Counted from the stretch's first letter, positions 47,876-62,322 are shown. The stretch: DNA of 64,000 nt from Somniosus microcephalus (GCA_052327205.1 CM126210.1:139934001-139998000), one strand, 5' to 3'. Notes: generated by a model from the sequence alone, not told the origin. Translations and numbers: made by a program.

Positions 47876-50800
47876 TGTAGTGGATGTGCCTTTAAGTCAG
47901 AACTACTTTTAGAGCTCCTGTATACTGTAGTACCGGCAGTGACCACACCGGTATATAAGCTTTGCGCATGCCTCTGTACCCCCAGTCTAGAGACTACCCT
48001 CCTCCAGTAAAGACCTGTTATTTGTTAATGTACAGCATCCGTGTGATTATTTAATAATAGAATATCCACTGAACCACAGATCCAACAGTGGCGACGAGTG
48101 TCGATTCAAATCTACCTGCAACATAAAAAAAAAATAGTCGAGGCCAGGAACACGGGCGTCGACCACAAGCAACCGCCCAGCAGTCAGGCAGAGATCCAAC
48201 TTCGCAGGGGAGGCTGTGGAGAGCCGGGCTTGGTTCCCCAGCCACAACGAGCAGTAAGAGACCGACGACAGGTCCAGCGCAGACCCTTCCCGAGCAGCGG
48301 CGGCTGGAGCCGACCGACGGCGGAGAGAAAGCCGAGCAGCGTCGACGGGGTAAGACAGAGGGTGAAGAGCGCAGGACGCAGCCGGGGGTTGAACACCGAG
48401 CGGCGTCGAGAAAAAGAAAACAAACCGGAGAGAGACGGTAAAGAAACAGCCGGGTTCTAGACTGAGCGGCGTCGAAAAATATAAAAAGAAGAAAGCGCAG
48501 AGCACAGCCAGGGCTCACGGGCTGAACAGGGTCCGCGGGGCGAAGAAAGGGGGGATGCCATTGAGCCGCGGAGAAGAAGGAAGAGCGCGGGAGGTGCCAT
48601 TTTTAGAAGCCGCAGCGGAGAAGAAGGGCGAGCGCGGGAAGGAAGGAAAGCGCAGGAGACGCCATTTTGTGCCAGTGGAGAAGAAGGGGAAGCGCGGGAG
48701 GCGCCATTTGTGATAGTTAACTCACACCCAAGGATGCTGAAGAGTGGCAGTATCTCTACGTTCGACAATGAAGTTGAAGATTGGGCGACATATGTGGAAC
48801 GTATTGAGGTGTACTGCAGGGCGAATGAAGTGCCAGATGCTAATAAAGCACTGGTTCTGTTAAATTCCATGGGTGCAAAAACTTATGGGTTACTGCGAAA
48901 TCTAATAACCCCAGAGAAGCCGGTAAACAAGAATTTTGAAAGCATAGTAGAAATCCTACAGGACCACTTAAACCCCACACCGCTGCTGATAGCAGAACAA
49001 TTTAAGTTCCATAAAAGGAACCAACACAAAGACGAAAGCAATGCTGAGTACCTAACGGAACTGCGCAAGCTATCGAAACACTGCCAGTTTGGAGCGGGAC
49101 TAGCAGACACGTTAAGGGACAAGTTTGTGTGTGGGCTACAAAGTGAAGGAACCCAGAAACGGCTTCTAGCAGAAAAGGACCTTACGCTGGACAAAGCTTT
49201 CAGTATGGCAGTATCACACGAAGCAGCCGCAAGGGGCGCTGCAGAGATACAACGGAGACCGCAAGAATATGGCACCAATGAAATGTCCTATGGAACAGGG
49301 AAGTGCTATCGCTGCGGCAGAACAACACATGACCAGAAAGATTGTTGGTTCAAGTGTGCAGACAGTGTGGGAAAGCAGGACACATAGCAAGAGTCTGCGG
49401 GTCTGGGAAGAAAACCAACAGTAAGAAATCTCCACAGGAGAAGTACAAAAAGGTACACCAGGTGATGGACAGTGGTTCAGACGAACAGAAAAGTGACACA
49501 GACTCCGGAAGCAAGGAGCTGGGTTGTCTGAAACTACATAAGGTAACCGAAATGGAGGATCACCAGACTATCTGGGTTACACTCAAGATAGACGGAGTCC
49601 AAGTGGAAATGGAATTGGACACAGGGTCAGCTCTAACAGTCATAAATCAAAGAGACTACAAGCGGCTATTTTCACACATGCCCTTGAAAGCTACAGAGAT
49701 TGTCTTGAAGACGTATACGGGGCAAAAAGTCTACCCCAAAGGAAGAATAAGGGTGAAAGTGACATATAAAGGCCAGGAAATACCTAAAATGGATCTATAT
49801 GTATTGCCAAATGGAGGACCACCACTGCTAGGACATGAATGGATCCGGAAGATACAATTAGATTGGCATTCCATACAGGCACTGAAGGTTGAGGCCAAAA
49901 AGGATGACGACATCACACCTGGACGACTGTCAAAAATGCTAACTGATGTAAAAGAAGTGTTCCAGGAGGGACTAGGAACACTAAAAGGAATAACAGCAAC
50001 AATTAAAATAGAGGAAAATGCAAGCCCAAAGTTTCTGAAGGCCAGACCAGTGCCTTATGCGATCAGACCAGCTGTTGAAGCAGAGCTGGAAGGGTTGGAA
50101 CGTTCAGGAGTACTGTCCAAAGTGGACTGGAGCGAGTGGGCTACACCCATCGTTCCTGTAATGAAGAGGTCGTTGAGTAATACCACTGGGGAACCAAAGA
50201 AGGTCCGCATCTGTGGGGATTTTAAGGTGACAGTGAACCCAGTCCTTCACACGGTGCAATATCCGCTTCCACGAATTGAGGATATTTTTGCCTCGCTATC
50301 TGGAGGTAAACGCTTCACCAAAATTGATCTAGCCCAGGCGTACTTGCAAATGGAGGTAGAAGAAGCTTCGAAACATTACCTTACGATCAACACTCATAAA
50401 GGTCTCTATCAATACAACCGGCTGGTGTTTGGAGTAGCCTCGGCTTCGGCTATCTGGCAAAGGGCGATGGATCAGGTCCTGCAAGGGATTCCAGGGACCC
50501 AGTGTTATTTGGACGACATCTTGGTCATGGGCGAAAATGACGGTGATCACCTCGCCAACTTGGAGAAGGTGCTCACCAGATTAAAGGAGTATGGGCTACG
50601 AGCTAATCGCCACAAGTGCGAGTTTTTCCAGAAACAGATCTCGTATTGTGGCCACGTCATCGATGAAGAGGTGTTACATAAGTCCCCTGACAAGATTGAG
50701 GCAGTAGTCAAGGCTCCAGCACCGGAAAATGTGTCACAACTGAGGTCGTTCCTCGGGCTGGTAAGCTACTACCACAAGTTCTTACCAAATTTGTCTACGG

Positions 50801-52971
50801 TATTACACCCGCTGAACACCCTACTGCAAACAGGGGTACCATGGAAGTGGGATGATGAACGTAGATGAGCTTTCCAGAAGTGTAAAGAATTGATCACATC
50901 AAAAGAGGTGTTGGCCCATTTCAACCCAGCACTACCAATTCGTTTGGCATGTGATGCATCACCCTACGGTATTGGAGCGGTGCTGTCGCACAAATTCCCA
51001 GACGGGTTGGAGAGGCCAGTAGCCTTTGCGTCTCGGTCACTAACCTCAGCCAAGCGCAACTACGCCCAGATTGACAGGGAGGCCCTCAGCCTAGTATGGG
51101 GAGTAAAAAAATTCAACCACTATCTGCATGGGCAGAAGTTCACCTTGCTGACTGACCACCAACCACTTGTCTCCATCTTTAATCCTAAGAAGGGCGTTCC
51201 AGTGATGACTGCACAGCGGTTACAAAGATGGTTCCTGTTTCTAGGGGCAAATCAATATGAAATAGAATATAAAGGCATGAAACAGCATGGGAACGCTGAT
51301 GGGCTATCGCGCCTGCCACTGCCTACTGTGGAGGAAGCACCAGCAGTGGACCCTATCGAGATATTTTATTCGTCAATAATTGAAGGATTGCCAGTAACAA
51401 ACGCGGATATAGAGAAGGAGACCCGCAATGATCCGACGCTGTCATGGGTATATGAATTGACGGTGAGGGGATGGCCAACACATGGCGACTCACTGTTGCC
51501 AGCATTCTCATCCAGAAGAGAACAGCTGTCAGTATGCCAGGGGACAGTGATGTGTGGATCCAGAGTGGTGATTCCACCCAAGTTAAGGGAGAGAGTGCTA
51601 AATGAGCTACATGAAGGTCATCTGGGGGGAGTGAAAATGAAAAGCCTTGCTAGGGCTTATGTGTGGTGGCCGGGAATCGATCAACAAATCGAAGACCTAA
51701 CTAAGAGCTGCTTAGGATGCCAGAAGGTCCAAAATGCACCACCACATGCCCCTCTACACCCATGGGAGTGGCCCTCCTCTCCATGGCAACGGGTGCATAT
51801 TGATTTTGCTGGTCCATTCATGGACTCAATGTTCTTAATAGCAGTGGATGCTCATTCAAAGTGGCCTGAGGTGATAAAAATGTTTTCAACCACTACAGAG
51901 AAAACGATTGCAGTCCTATGGACCATATTTGCCAGAAACGGTTGCCAGAGCAGATTTGCTCTGATAATGGACCACAGTTTGTGTCCGACAAGTTCCAAAA
52001 ATTCATGAAAAGGAATGAGGTAAGGCATTACACATCCGCCCCGTATCATCCAGCCACAAATGGATTGGCTGAGAGGTTCGTACAAACCTTTAAGAAGGCG
52101 ATAAAGGCCATGTGCGACGATGAAATTCCACTACAGCATAAGATGGACAATTTCTTATTAGCCTACCGAAACACGACACATGCAGTTACCAACCAGACCC
52201 TGGCCGTGATGTTCTTTAACCGAAGGTTGAGATCTCGTCTGGACTTGCTCAGACCAAATGTGTGAAGAAATGTTGAGGACAAACAATTCCAGCACATCAA
52301 TGAGAAGCCGACAAGGAGCTTCAGTGTAGGGCAACCAGTCTTGGCCCGTGACTATCGAACAGAGAAATGGCAACCCGGAACGATATGTACAAGGCAGGGG
52401 CCATTAATGTACACAGTGGATGTCGGGGAGAACATTGTGAGACGCCACGTCGATCAGATCTTAGCGTCACAGTAAGGCGTCAACCCCATGTCTCGAGTAC
52501 CTGGGGATGAACCCGACATACCGGTAGCATCTACTTCAGACCCAGTAGCAGTGGAACCCGATGAACTACCCGATGAAAAGGTGTCAGAATCGCCTCTGCA
52601 CCAAGAACAAGAACCTCCGGAAAGGCGCTATCCCGAAAGGGTCAGGAAGCCGCCCCAAAGACTGAATCTATAAATGGACTTTTGTTGTTTAATGCACATG
52701 TTGAAATGTTAATTGTTATTTGAATATTAGGGGTATTACTAATCTAAAAGGGGAGGAATTGTAGTGTATGTGCCTTTAAGTCAGAACTACTTTTACAGCT
52801 CCTGTATACTGTAGTACCGGCAGTGACCACACCGGTATATAAGCTTTGCGCATGCCTCTGTACCCCCAGTCTAGAGACTACCCTCCTCCAGTAAAGACCT
52901 GTTATTTGTTAATGTACAGCATCCGTGTGATTATTTAATAATAGCATATCCACTGAACCACGGATCCAACA
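47876..52971 (+). mobile_element. Gypsy/Ty3 LTR retrotransposon A2 (Mag-like), full length
   Basis: 212-bp LTRs at 47876-48087 and 52760-52971. TSD CTTGC. PBS tggcgacgag at 48089, complementary to a tRNA-Ser(GCU)-type 3' end. PPT at 52746-52758. Confidence 0.95.
48734..52673 (+). pseudogene. A2 gag-pol with frameshifts and stops
   Basis: ORFs 48710-49387, 49342-50868, 50890-52008, 51918-52265 and 52488-52673 are colinear with and highly similar to A1. Confidence 0.92.
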
Positions 52972-54252
52972 CTTGCCATAGAGGGAGTGCAACAAAGAAT
53001 TGCCAGACTGATTCCTGGGATGGGGGGATTGTCTTATGAGGAGAGATTGATTAGACTAGGCCTATATTCTCTAGAGTTTAGAAGAATGAGAGGTGATCTC
53101 ATTGAAACATACAAAATTCTTACAGGGCTTGACAGGGTAGATGCAGAGGATGTTTCCCCTGGCTGGGGAGTCTAGAACCAGGGGTCACAGTCTCAGAATA
53201 AGGGGTCGGCCATTTAGGACTGAGATGAGGAGAAATTTTTTCACTCAGAGGGTGGTGAATCTTTGGAATTCTCTACCCCAGAGGGCTGTGGAGGCTCAGT
53301 GGTTGAGTATATTTAAGTCAGAGTTCGATAGATTTTTGGATATTAAGGGAATCGAGGGATATGGGGATAGTGCAGGAAAGTGGAGTTGAAGTATGCCATG
53401 ATCTTATTGAATGGCGGCGCAGGCTCGAGGGGCTGAATGGTCTACTCCTGCTCCTATTTCTTATGTTCTTATGTTCTTATGTCTGAGAGGTGATGGAATA
53501 GTCATAAAGGTTGCATGCCTCAATCCTCTTGTTCCAGAACTTGAAAAAGAAGGTACTTTCCTTCTGCATGGCTCCAAGTGGAACTGGGGTGAAGTGAAGC
53601 TCAGATCCTCTGATCTGAGCAGGGCTCACTGTAAGGCTTACTTCCAAATGGGCACCTGCCCACATTCTGACAGGAAAATAAGATGGGAGGCCCTGTTATG
53701 CCCCTCTTGTCTAATTTGCATGAATGACCATGCTTATGTCTGATGCGGGTGTAACCGTTTCACCCTGGAAATCTCCAAGAAATCTCGAGGGAACACAAAG
53801 GTGGCAGAGACCAGGTGTGATAGGTTTCCACTCTCTTCCTCTGTTTTGCCCCTGGGAATTGAGAGTTTCCCAGATATACCGCAGAGGAGAATCAGCCCCT
53901 CATTTATAGAATAACTTTAGTGTTTTATATTTTACTAATAGCATCCTCTATGTATTTAGACATCTCAGGTGTACAATGTTTGAGTGATGAAACTACAATA
54001 CAAGAGAAACAAAATATGTAAATAAGGATCTTGTCACACACTTCATTTTAGCCCAATTGTTCAGTGCAGAACTGAGAAATCATGCTTTTAAAGATGAAAG
54101 TTAGGAACAGACAATGGTTGGCCACTTTCAGGAACCGTTCGGATTATATCACTGAAATTCACAATTGTCTTGCTTCATCTGAGTGAAATAGTTTGCATTG
54201 CAAAAGACATTTTTACATGCCATGAACCATGTCAGATTTCACTTTTACTGTG

Positions 54253-54329
54253 ACAAAAACAGAAAATGCTGAAAACACTCAGCAGGTCAGGCAGCATCTG
54301 TGGAGAGAACAGAGGAATTAATGGTTTGG
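54253..54329 (-). mobile_element. 77-bp Penelope terminal fragment
   Basis: Matches the Penelope tail (cagaaaatgctg.aaa.actcagcagg.caggca.catc); flanked by 12-bp TSD acttttactgtg (54241-54252, 54330-54341). Confidence 0.8.
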
Positions 54330-55064
54330 ACTTTTACTGTGTTTTTCTTGATAACTCTGTTCTACAGGCATTACTGTTGCTGAGCCTCAAGCCCATTGGC
54401 AGCGCTTACTGAAGAACAATGAGGTAACCCAGTTTGGCTATTCCAATGGAGTTGGCAGTCTTGTGTATGTTGGGGGAATCTAAATCCAAACTCAAATTGA
54501 ATTTTTCACTTTTTAATAATTGCTTCTGTAACACCAGCAGATCGTAATATGCCTGGGAGTGTCTTTAAAAAAAAACTAGAATACAACAAACATATAACTC
54601 AGCAGATTATATTTAATTCCAAACTTTTTAGGCTCGTACCTTTACAAACTACAGACAGATTAATATCTGATTTATGAAAACAAGTAATATAGGAAGTGTA
54701 AATATCGCTCACTATTCCTGGTAATGAAACATTGCTGATTTTGTAATTCAGATTGGGATTAATGGCCTACTCCTGTTCCTATGTTCCTTATAAGGTACCT
54801 TCTGGTATAATCATCTGGGATGGTGAGATGTGCCATCGGAACTTGGAGAATTCAGGGGAAAATTGTACACTTTCAGTTTCAGAAATAATGATCAGATATG
54901 CTTTCTGTTTCTGGCTCTTGAAGCTTTAGTATCCCTATTTTTGGGTCTTTTAATGCTCCCATTCTTTCATCTAAAGTTCCATGTATTTTTTTGTAGAGGT
55001 CAATCCATTACCTCTTTGATTTTAGTTTCAATGCCAATAATCTAGCATTATATCTGGTGACCCT

Positions 55065-55425
55065 GCCACTGGATTCACTATCCATCCCTTCCACAACTCA
55101 GGCACTGTGGCTGCAGTATGCAGGAACTCGCCAAAGCTTACTTTGACAATACCTCCCAGCCCCTTGATCTCTACCATTGAGAGAGGCAAAAAAGGCAGCA
55201 ATGTCATGGCAGCATCATCACCTGAAATTTCCCTTTCAAGTTACACACCATCCTGCCTTGAATATATATTGCCATTTCTTCATCACTGCTGGGTTAAAAT
55301 CTTGTAATTCTCTACCTAACATCACTGTTGGACTAATATTACCACAGGGACTGCAGTCGTTCCAGAAGCTCCACCACTACCTTAGGGCAACTAGGGAAGG
55401 GCAATAAATATGGCCTTGGCAGTGT
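55065..55425 (+). mobile_element. Old CR1/L2-group LINE 3' fragment
   Basis: Degenerate match to 28650-29030. Confidence 0.7.
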
Positions 55426-55733
55426 ATCTTCAGATCTCGTCCACATAAAAGTGTTGAGATAAAATGTATTGACAATTTAATGAAATAAAGAAAACAAAAA
55501 GTTCATATCTAGTAAATCTCAACTTGACAATCTTACACCCACCACATAGATTCGGACTCTCTTATCTAAAAACGTTGCTGCATTTCTATTCCCTGACTGA
55601 CAAGAGACTGCAAACTTCTGAAGAAGATTTGTGTTCACAAGAAAGGATGGTTTCTGCAGATCAGTTCAAATTAGTGCTTTAAAAAGTTTAATTAGAGAAA
55701 TTAAATGGTGCACAGACATCAAATAAATGCTCT

Positions 55734-56294
55734 GGGGGAAAAATTTGTTTGCTTTGCGCACCCTAAGAGAATGCTAACAGGGCGCAAAGCAACTAGCGCC
55801 CAGGGGCGGCGCCGCACCGCCTCCTGCGAAATTCAGGGAGGTTAGCGTCATCGCTGTGCGCAGCACCCCGGCCACGATCTTCGGTAGCTATGTCCGACGG
55901 GGTCAGGGGGGCCTACCTGCAGCTGGGGCAATGCTATTTAAAGGCGAGGTGCCGGGCGGCCATTTTTGTTGCTGTCCGCCTGCCAGCACCTGCCTCCGCT
56001 GCCATCCCCGGCCTCCTGACCTGCCCCCCCCCCCGCCCGCGGAGTGCCGACTGCACTCCATGATCCCGGCACTTCTCTTACGTGCCGGGCTCTTTTGCCG
56101 GCACTCCGATCCCTGGTGGCCCAGCTGGGCCCCGGGTTGCACTGTGCAAGGCACCTCCCCTTTAAGAAGGGGAGGAAGGCCTGCAATACCATGTCGCGCC
56201 ATGATATTCCCTCGCAGCGCCCCAAGAGGAAGGCAGGGCGTTTCCAGTAGTGCCCCGCTTCCCTCTTGGGGCACTACCACTCAATTTTCCCCCC
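55734..56294. mobile_element. GC-rich Harbinger-like MITE
   Basis: Termini gggggaaaaattt / aattttcccccc; internal inverted motifs (tttaaaggcgagg / cctcccctttaag). Confidence 0.55.
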
Positions 56295-59246
56295 TATGTC
56301 TTTGGAGGCACTGCTTTCCACTGATCTATGAGCTTCCAATTTCTTTATGCGATGCACAATTCAAATTCATGCTCAGGTTTTATTAAATACAGGTGTAACG
56401 TCACTATAACAGAGGTTTTTAGTCCATGTGATTACACAACAAGACCTACTTATCCAATAATATAAACCAACACTGCACAATCTGCACTTCCTACTAGCAA
56501 TGCACATTGCAGAGTTGACTGAATTGAAATACTTGGAGGGGAGAAACGTGTGGCTAGTCGACAGAGCAATTTATCCTCAATTGAATGGAAGCGGCGAGCT
56601 GCGTGCGCCAAACCGGCATCCCGATGTAGCTCACTGGAATTGGTGTGGCCTGACCAATTCCAGCCAGCTCAAAATGCTAAGCCTGCCTGCAGTTAGGTCC
56701 TGGGGGGGTGAGCCCAGGCCAGGAGCGCCCTGCGGTTTATTTGAGGAGTGCCCCTGCTCCTTTTGCCTTCACAACAGTATGGCTTCCAAAAAATGTTGAG
56801 CCTTTTTTGAGCAGTGTCTTTTCAGGTTAGGCTGCTCAAGACCTGGTACAATTCGACGGAGCTCTGCCCATTTGTACCGGAATTTTGCAATGGGGTCCGA
56901 CAGCTGCCTCCTCTATTTGCATAATGAATCAGCCTGATGTCTGTTTCAGGCAGGCATGGCTGCTCGCCCATTTACAGGCCTGCCTGAATATGGCATCAGA
57001 CAGAACGTGGGCGTCAATGGGGCGGATGAGGTGTCCCACCCAGATTTTCAACACCTGGCTGCCCACTTTTCAAGCACAAAATGAACAGCTGTGAATTTGT
57101 TTTCTTCCCCTTGTTTTCTTTCCCATTATTAATGAAGTTTCACTCTATCTGGGTTTTCTGTAAGTTCCATACTAATGTATTTACCATCATCCGTATCTAC
57201 AAAGATGAGTGTAGAATTAAGAAGAAGTACAAAATATAAAGAATATTGGCTTGGAGCTTCCATTGATGGAAATCAGCAGAGCTCCTGAAAGACACATAAC
57301 TTCCCTTTATTGGTCCATACAACAGTATTAGAAAACATCTTTGCATCGCTTCATGATGAATTGTAATGCATTACTATAAAGAAACTATATTAGTCTGTCG
57401 TAATAATGTAAAAAAAAACTGAAAGTAAACATCTTGATTTAAGTCTATGGGCATGATAAAACCTGATTGGATTATGTCTTACAGTATTGCTGGCACATAA
57501 CAGTTCTACGTTATCACAGAATGGCGGACTAACCAAAATCAATGTGATCTGCCCATCATAATTGAATACATTGTTATTTTTTAGTTCACTAGCAGTAAAT
57601 ATCTGCCACAGTGTTAAACCCACTTTAGAAATACTTAGTTACACCATTAAAAATAACCTTACTGCTTAAAATTATATTTTTTGCCAGATGGTAAGAAGGC
57701 AGTAAAATTACTGACAGTGAAAACGACACTCCCTTCAGGTTTTTGCTCCAAAAGGGACTTAATGATGGTTTGAATTTGACCGATTTCTTTGTGTGGTTAC
57801 CAGATCTCCAAGGACTGCGATAAACTGATTTCATAGGGAAGCAGTCCAATTAGTTTCCATGTAAAAAGCAAGATGTGGTCAGATGAATAGATCAGAACTA
57901 TAAACTGATTTACTGGGTAATCCTCACTTGTGGGATTGTATACCATATAACATTTCACAATTCTCTATGAACTATACTCAAAAGTTATTTAAATTTTATG
58001 TTTTATCTTTATTTGCACAAAGTGACCTGATTTCTGTCTTGTCGGATGGTTGTATAATCTAGTCCGCAGTTACAGTCTCCTCACATGAGCATTTACACTT
58101 TACATATGCGCACAACTCCTAACCACATTTGTGATTTATTTCCTGCACCGTGACAATGTACATTGTATGTCGTCATGCAAAAGTGTAATTATACAAGCCC
58201 TCTGAAGCTTTCCATTAACCAGCAATGTTGGCATTGATACTGCAAAGGACGCTGGTTAAGAAACTGATGTCATGATGCAAACATGCTGGCACAAACCCAA
58301 TACAGTCCAGTGATGATTCAAGCTCATTTACTGCACTAACAAATCTGATCTAACCAATAAATTGAATTAAGCAATGTAAGTAACACTGCAAATTTATAAT
58401 TTAATGTTAAAAAATAGGATTCTCAGATAATTTGAATTAAGCAATTTTAAATTAAAAGGAGTAGAGTGCTGGTTTCATTTGAATCAGCTAAAGCCCAGGA
58501 TAGTCCACATTATCTTTGTACTGTTTTCAGAATGATATAACGTGATCGTAGTATTTAAACAGCAAGCTTCATCCTACTTTCGCGTGCTATAAAGCACACT
58601 GTGTTAACTGGAGTTTAGGAATTTAAATAAACCCCATTCATCTAGGTTACTCTTTGGGACAATAGTCTTTGTTTTGCCACTGTGCCTGAACTAGTTAAAG
58701 CCTTTTATTACCTGGCACAAACAATGATTTCTAAAATGAGACTAAAAGCTCAAAAGGACCGATGGACCTTGGAGATCTGGTACCATTGAGACAAAAGGGA
58801 GAATGGGAGCCCAAGAGTGATTGGGCCTAGACTGTTCTTGAATGTATAATTTAATTCAGTTCACAGTATGCATGTGAACTGGGAACAGTCTAGGGACAGT
58901 GAAAGAGTTACAGCAGATGGAAGACAGCAGGGATCCAAACAACACAGTACAAGGACAGTGGGCATGAAGCAGTAGATCCTAGTTTGATATAATTTAGCTA
59001 ACAATTGGTTATCACTTCTATAATGAAATGATTGTGTATCTCTAATCTAGATTAAACAATTTGTAACATTTGGACACACATGGTAATCAGTATTGGGACC
59101 TACAGCCTAATGATGGAACAAAACCTGTTGATGGTCTATTTGAACACAAAGGAGGAGACAATCCACAGGCCTTTGATCGTGGCAGCTGATCCCACCAGAG
59201 TATCCAGGTTCTCTAATTTTAATAAGTCAGGCAAGCATATCTTGGG

Positions 59247-59837
59247 AGAATTTTGGTCTCAAATACCTTGCAATTTTTCCTTTGTCCTTTTTTGTAAGAC
59301 ACCAAAAAGCACCCTAAAACTGATCCCAGAACAGTGAAGACAGGAAAAATAGTGTTGGCCAGCTGTTTGTGAGCTGCCAATACCACTGGCCCAAGACACA
59401 TTTTTTTATGACCCACCAGGCTCCTTTAAAAAGATGGGGGTGCACTCTTCAGAAGCCCAGGCCAGGACCTATGCCTGGACCCTTAGGTGAGCCCCACTTC
59501 TAGCAACTAGCAAGCTAGTATGCCTCCTCTCAACATCATGAACTGCTAACTGATTCCCAGCCTTCTCTCTCCAGCCACGTCCCCTTTGATGTGGGTAAGA
59601 TTTTTTGGGGGTGAACAGATGTTCTGGCACAAGTAAGTCCCCGCAGAAACTAGTGCAGAAGGCAGCAATCCAGTGTATTTGGGTCCTGGTCTAATTCATG
59701 GCCCTTCTGCTGCTCTTCCGCTGAACTCACAATGGGAGTGCACTGGTTGGGCCACAGAATTTTGGTCTCAAATACCTTGCAATTTTTCCTTTGTCCTTTT
59801 TTGTAAGACACCAAAAAGCACCCTAAAACTGATCCCA
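59247..59837. repeat. 82-bp exact direct repeat (59247-59328 and 59756-59837)
   Basis: agaattttggtctcaaataccttgcaatttttcc..aaaactgatccca is identical in both copies. Confidence 0.9.
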
Positions 59838-59839
59838 CT

Positions 59840-60555
59840 TACAATAACAGCAACTTGCATTTATATGGCACCTTTAACATAGTAAAACATCCCAAGGTGC
59901 TTCACAGCAGCATAATCAGACAAAATTTGACACCGAGCCAAAGAAGGGGGCATTAGGACAGGTGGCCAAAAGCTTGGTCAGAGGTAGGTTTTAAGGAACT
60001 TCTTAAGGGAGGAGAGAGAGGTGAAGATGTGAAGAACTTAGAGCCTAGACGGCTGAAGGCATGACCGCCAATGGTGGGGCAAAGGAAGTGGGGGATGCTC
60101 AAGAGGACAGAGTTGTAGGAGCACAGATCTCTTGTAGGGATGTAGGGCTGGAGGAGGTTGCAGAGATAGGGAGAGGTGGGGCCATGGGGGGATTTGAACA
60201 GGAGAATGAGAATTTCAAAATCGAGGCTTGGGGAGCCAATATAGGTCAGCGAGCTAAGGGGTGATGGTAAATGGGACTTGGTGCGAGTTAGGATACGGAC
60301 AGCTTAGTTTTGGATGAGGTCAAGTTTATGGAGAGTGGAAGATGGGAGGCTGGCCAGGAAAGCATTTAATTAGTCAAGTCTAGAGGTAACAAAAGCATGG
60401 AAGAGGGTTTCAGCAGTAGATGGGCCGAGGCAGGGGCAGAGATGGGTGATATTTCGTAGGTGGAAGTAGGCGGTCTTTGTGGCGGAGCGGATATGGTATC
60501 GGAAACTCAACGTCAAATAGGACGACGAGGTTGTAAATAGTTTAGTTCAGCCTGA
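59840..60555 (-). mobile_element. L2-type LINE 3' fragment
   Basis: Minus-strand tail gtgaagcaccttgggatg..aaaggtgccatataaatgcaagttg; purine-rich + strand typical of antisense L2 ORF2. Confidence 0.72.
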
Positions 60556-61163
60556 GAAATTAAATTAAATTGAAACTAAAGGAGAGGAAAGGAAAATAGG
60601 TGAGGAAAATGAGAGCCTAAAGTTCCCGGTTGACATTGCAATACATAAATCACATAAATGGGTTTAAAATACTGAATTAGAAATCAAATTAAAATGGAAC
60701 CTTCCTGACCCTGATGGATAGCTGAATCTGATTTCTACATACAAGCTAATCCTCATGGGGACTGTGACCCAGCTGGTTAAAATTAATCCTGCTCCATGGA
60801 AACACAACTCTACTCCAATCATTTTGTTTCGCAAGACAGCAAATGAATATTTATTACTCTAAGACAAGATAGATGAATAAGCTGTGTAAGATATATTCAC
60901 ACTGCAATATAAAATAATTTCTTCTAATTCTAATAGTCTCTGAAACAGTATCAGATCTTTATCATAAGGTGAGTAAGCCCTACATTATACAGTACATATC
61001 GGAATGAACAACCAAATTATTTGGCTTCCTGTTTGAAATCAATAACAAATGGGCATTTGTGAAGCTAAAGAATTAATTCTGAAGGTTTTTTCATCTTCCC
61101 AGGCTATCAAGAAACATGAATTCACCTTTTACAAAATACTAACGAGTCTGTGGATTCATCCAC

Positions 61164-62322
61164 AGGTGCCACATCAAAGGTTATTGCGGAAAATAAAAGC
61201 TCATGTTGTAGGGGGTAACATATTGGCATTGATAGAAGATTGGTTAGCTAACAGGAAACAGAGAGTAGGCATAAATGGGTCATTTTCTGGTTGGCAAGAT
61301 GTAATGAGTGGTGTGCCACAGGGATCAGTGCTGGGGCCTCAACTTTTTACAATTTATATAAATGACTTAGATGAAGGGACCGAAGGTATGGTTGCTAAAT
61401 TTGCTGATGACACAAAGATAGGTAGGAAAGTAAATTGTGAAGAGAACATAAGGAGGCTACAAATGGATATAGATAGGTTAAGTGGGTGGGCAAAGATCTG
61501 GCAAATGGAGTATAATGTGGGGAAAAGTGAAAATGTCCATTTTGGCAGGAAGAATGAAAAAGAAGCATATTATCTAAATGGTGAGAGATTGCAGAGCTCT
61601 GAGATGCAGAGGGATCTGGGTGACCTGGTGCATGAATCGCAAAAGGTTAGTATGCAGGTACAGCAAGTAATTAGGAAAGCTAATAGAATGTTATCGTTTA
61701 CTGCAAGGGAAATTGAATACAAAAGTAGGGAGGTTATGCTTCAGTTATACAGGGCATTGGTGAGACCACATCTGGAGTACTGTGTACAGTATTGGTCACC
61801 TTATTTAAGGAAGGATGTAAATGCGTTGGAAGCAGTTCAGAGAAGGTTTGCTAAACTAATACCTGGAATGGGCGGGTTGTCTTATGAGGAAAGGTTGGAC
61901 AGGCTAGGCTTGTATCCGCTGAAGTTTGGAAGAATAAAAGGTGACTTGATTGAAGCATATAAGATCCTGAGGGGCCTTGACAGGGTGGATGTGGAGAGGA
62001 TGTTTCCTCTTGTGGGAGAACCTAGAACTGGGAGTCATTGTAAGGGGTCGCCCATTTAAGACAGAGATGAGGAGAAATTTTTTCTCACAGAGGATCATGA
62101 GCCTTTGGAACTCTCTTCCTCAGTGGGCGGTGGAAGCAGAGTCTTTGAATATTTTTAAGGCAGAAGTAGATAGATTCTTGATAAGCAAGGGGGTGAAAGG
62201 TTATCGGGGGTAGGCGGGAAAGTGGAGTAATCAGATCAGCCATGATCTTATTGAATGGCGGAGCAGGCTCGAGTGGCCGAGTGGCCTACTCCTGCTCCTA
62301 ATTTGTATATTCGTATGTATGT
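61164..62322 (+). mobile_element. CR1 LINE, 5'-truncated RT to 3' end
   Basis: VPHQRLL..GVPQGSVLGP..KFADD..RRNFFSQRI..WNSLP; tail tcgtatgtatgt. Confidence 0.9.

Larger units (their letters stand above)
44838..53480 (+). mobile_element. CR1 LINE (degenerate ORF2 to 3' tail) hosting a Harbinger element and Gypsy A2
   Basis: LNKYF|ASVFMEED is continuous across 45115-46686 and KDILA|IEGVQ across 47876-52971. NYRPVSLTS, GVPQGS, KFADD; (ttatgttc)n tail at 53460-53481. Confidence 0.9.

Noticed and set aside
61049-61163. Host-derived N-terminus on a CR1 RT ORF
   Set aside because: Flanking DNA that happens to be open in frame with a 5'-truncated CR1; nothing indicates expression.
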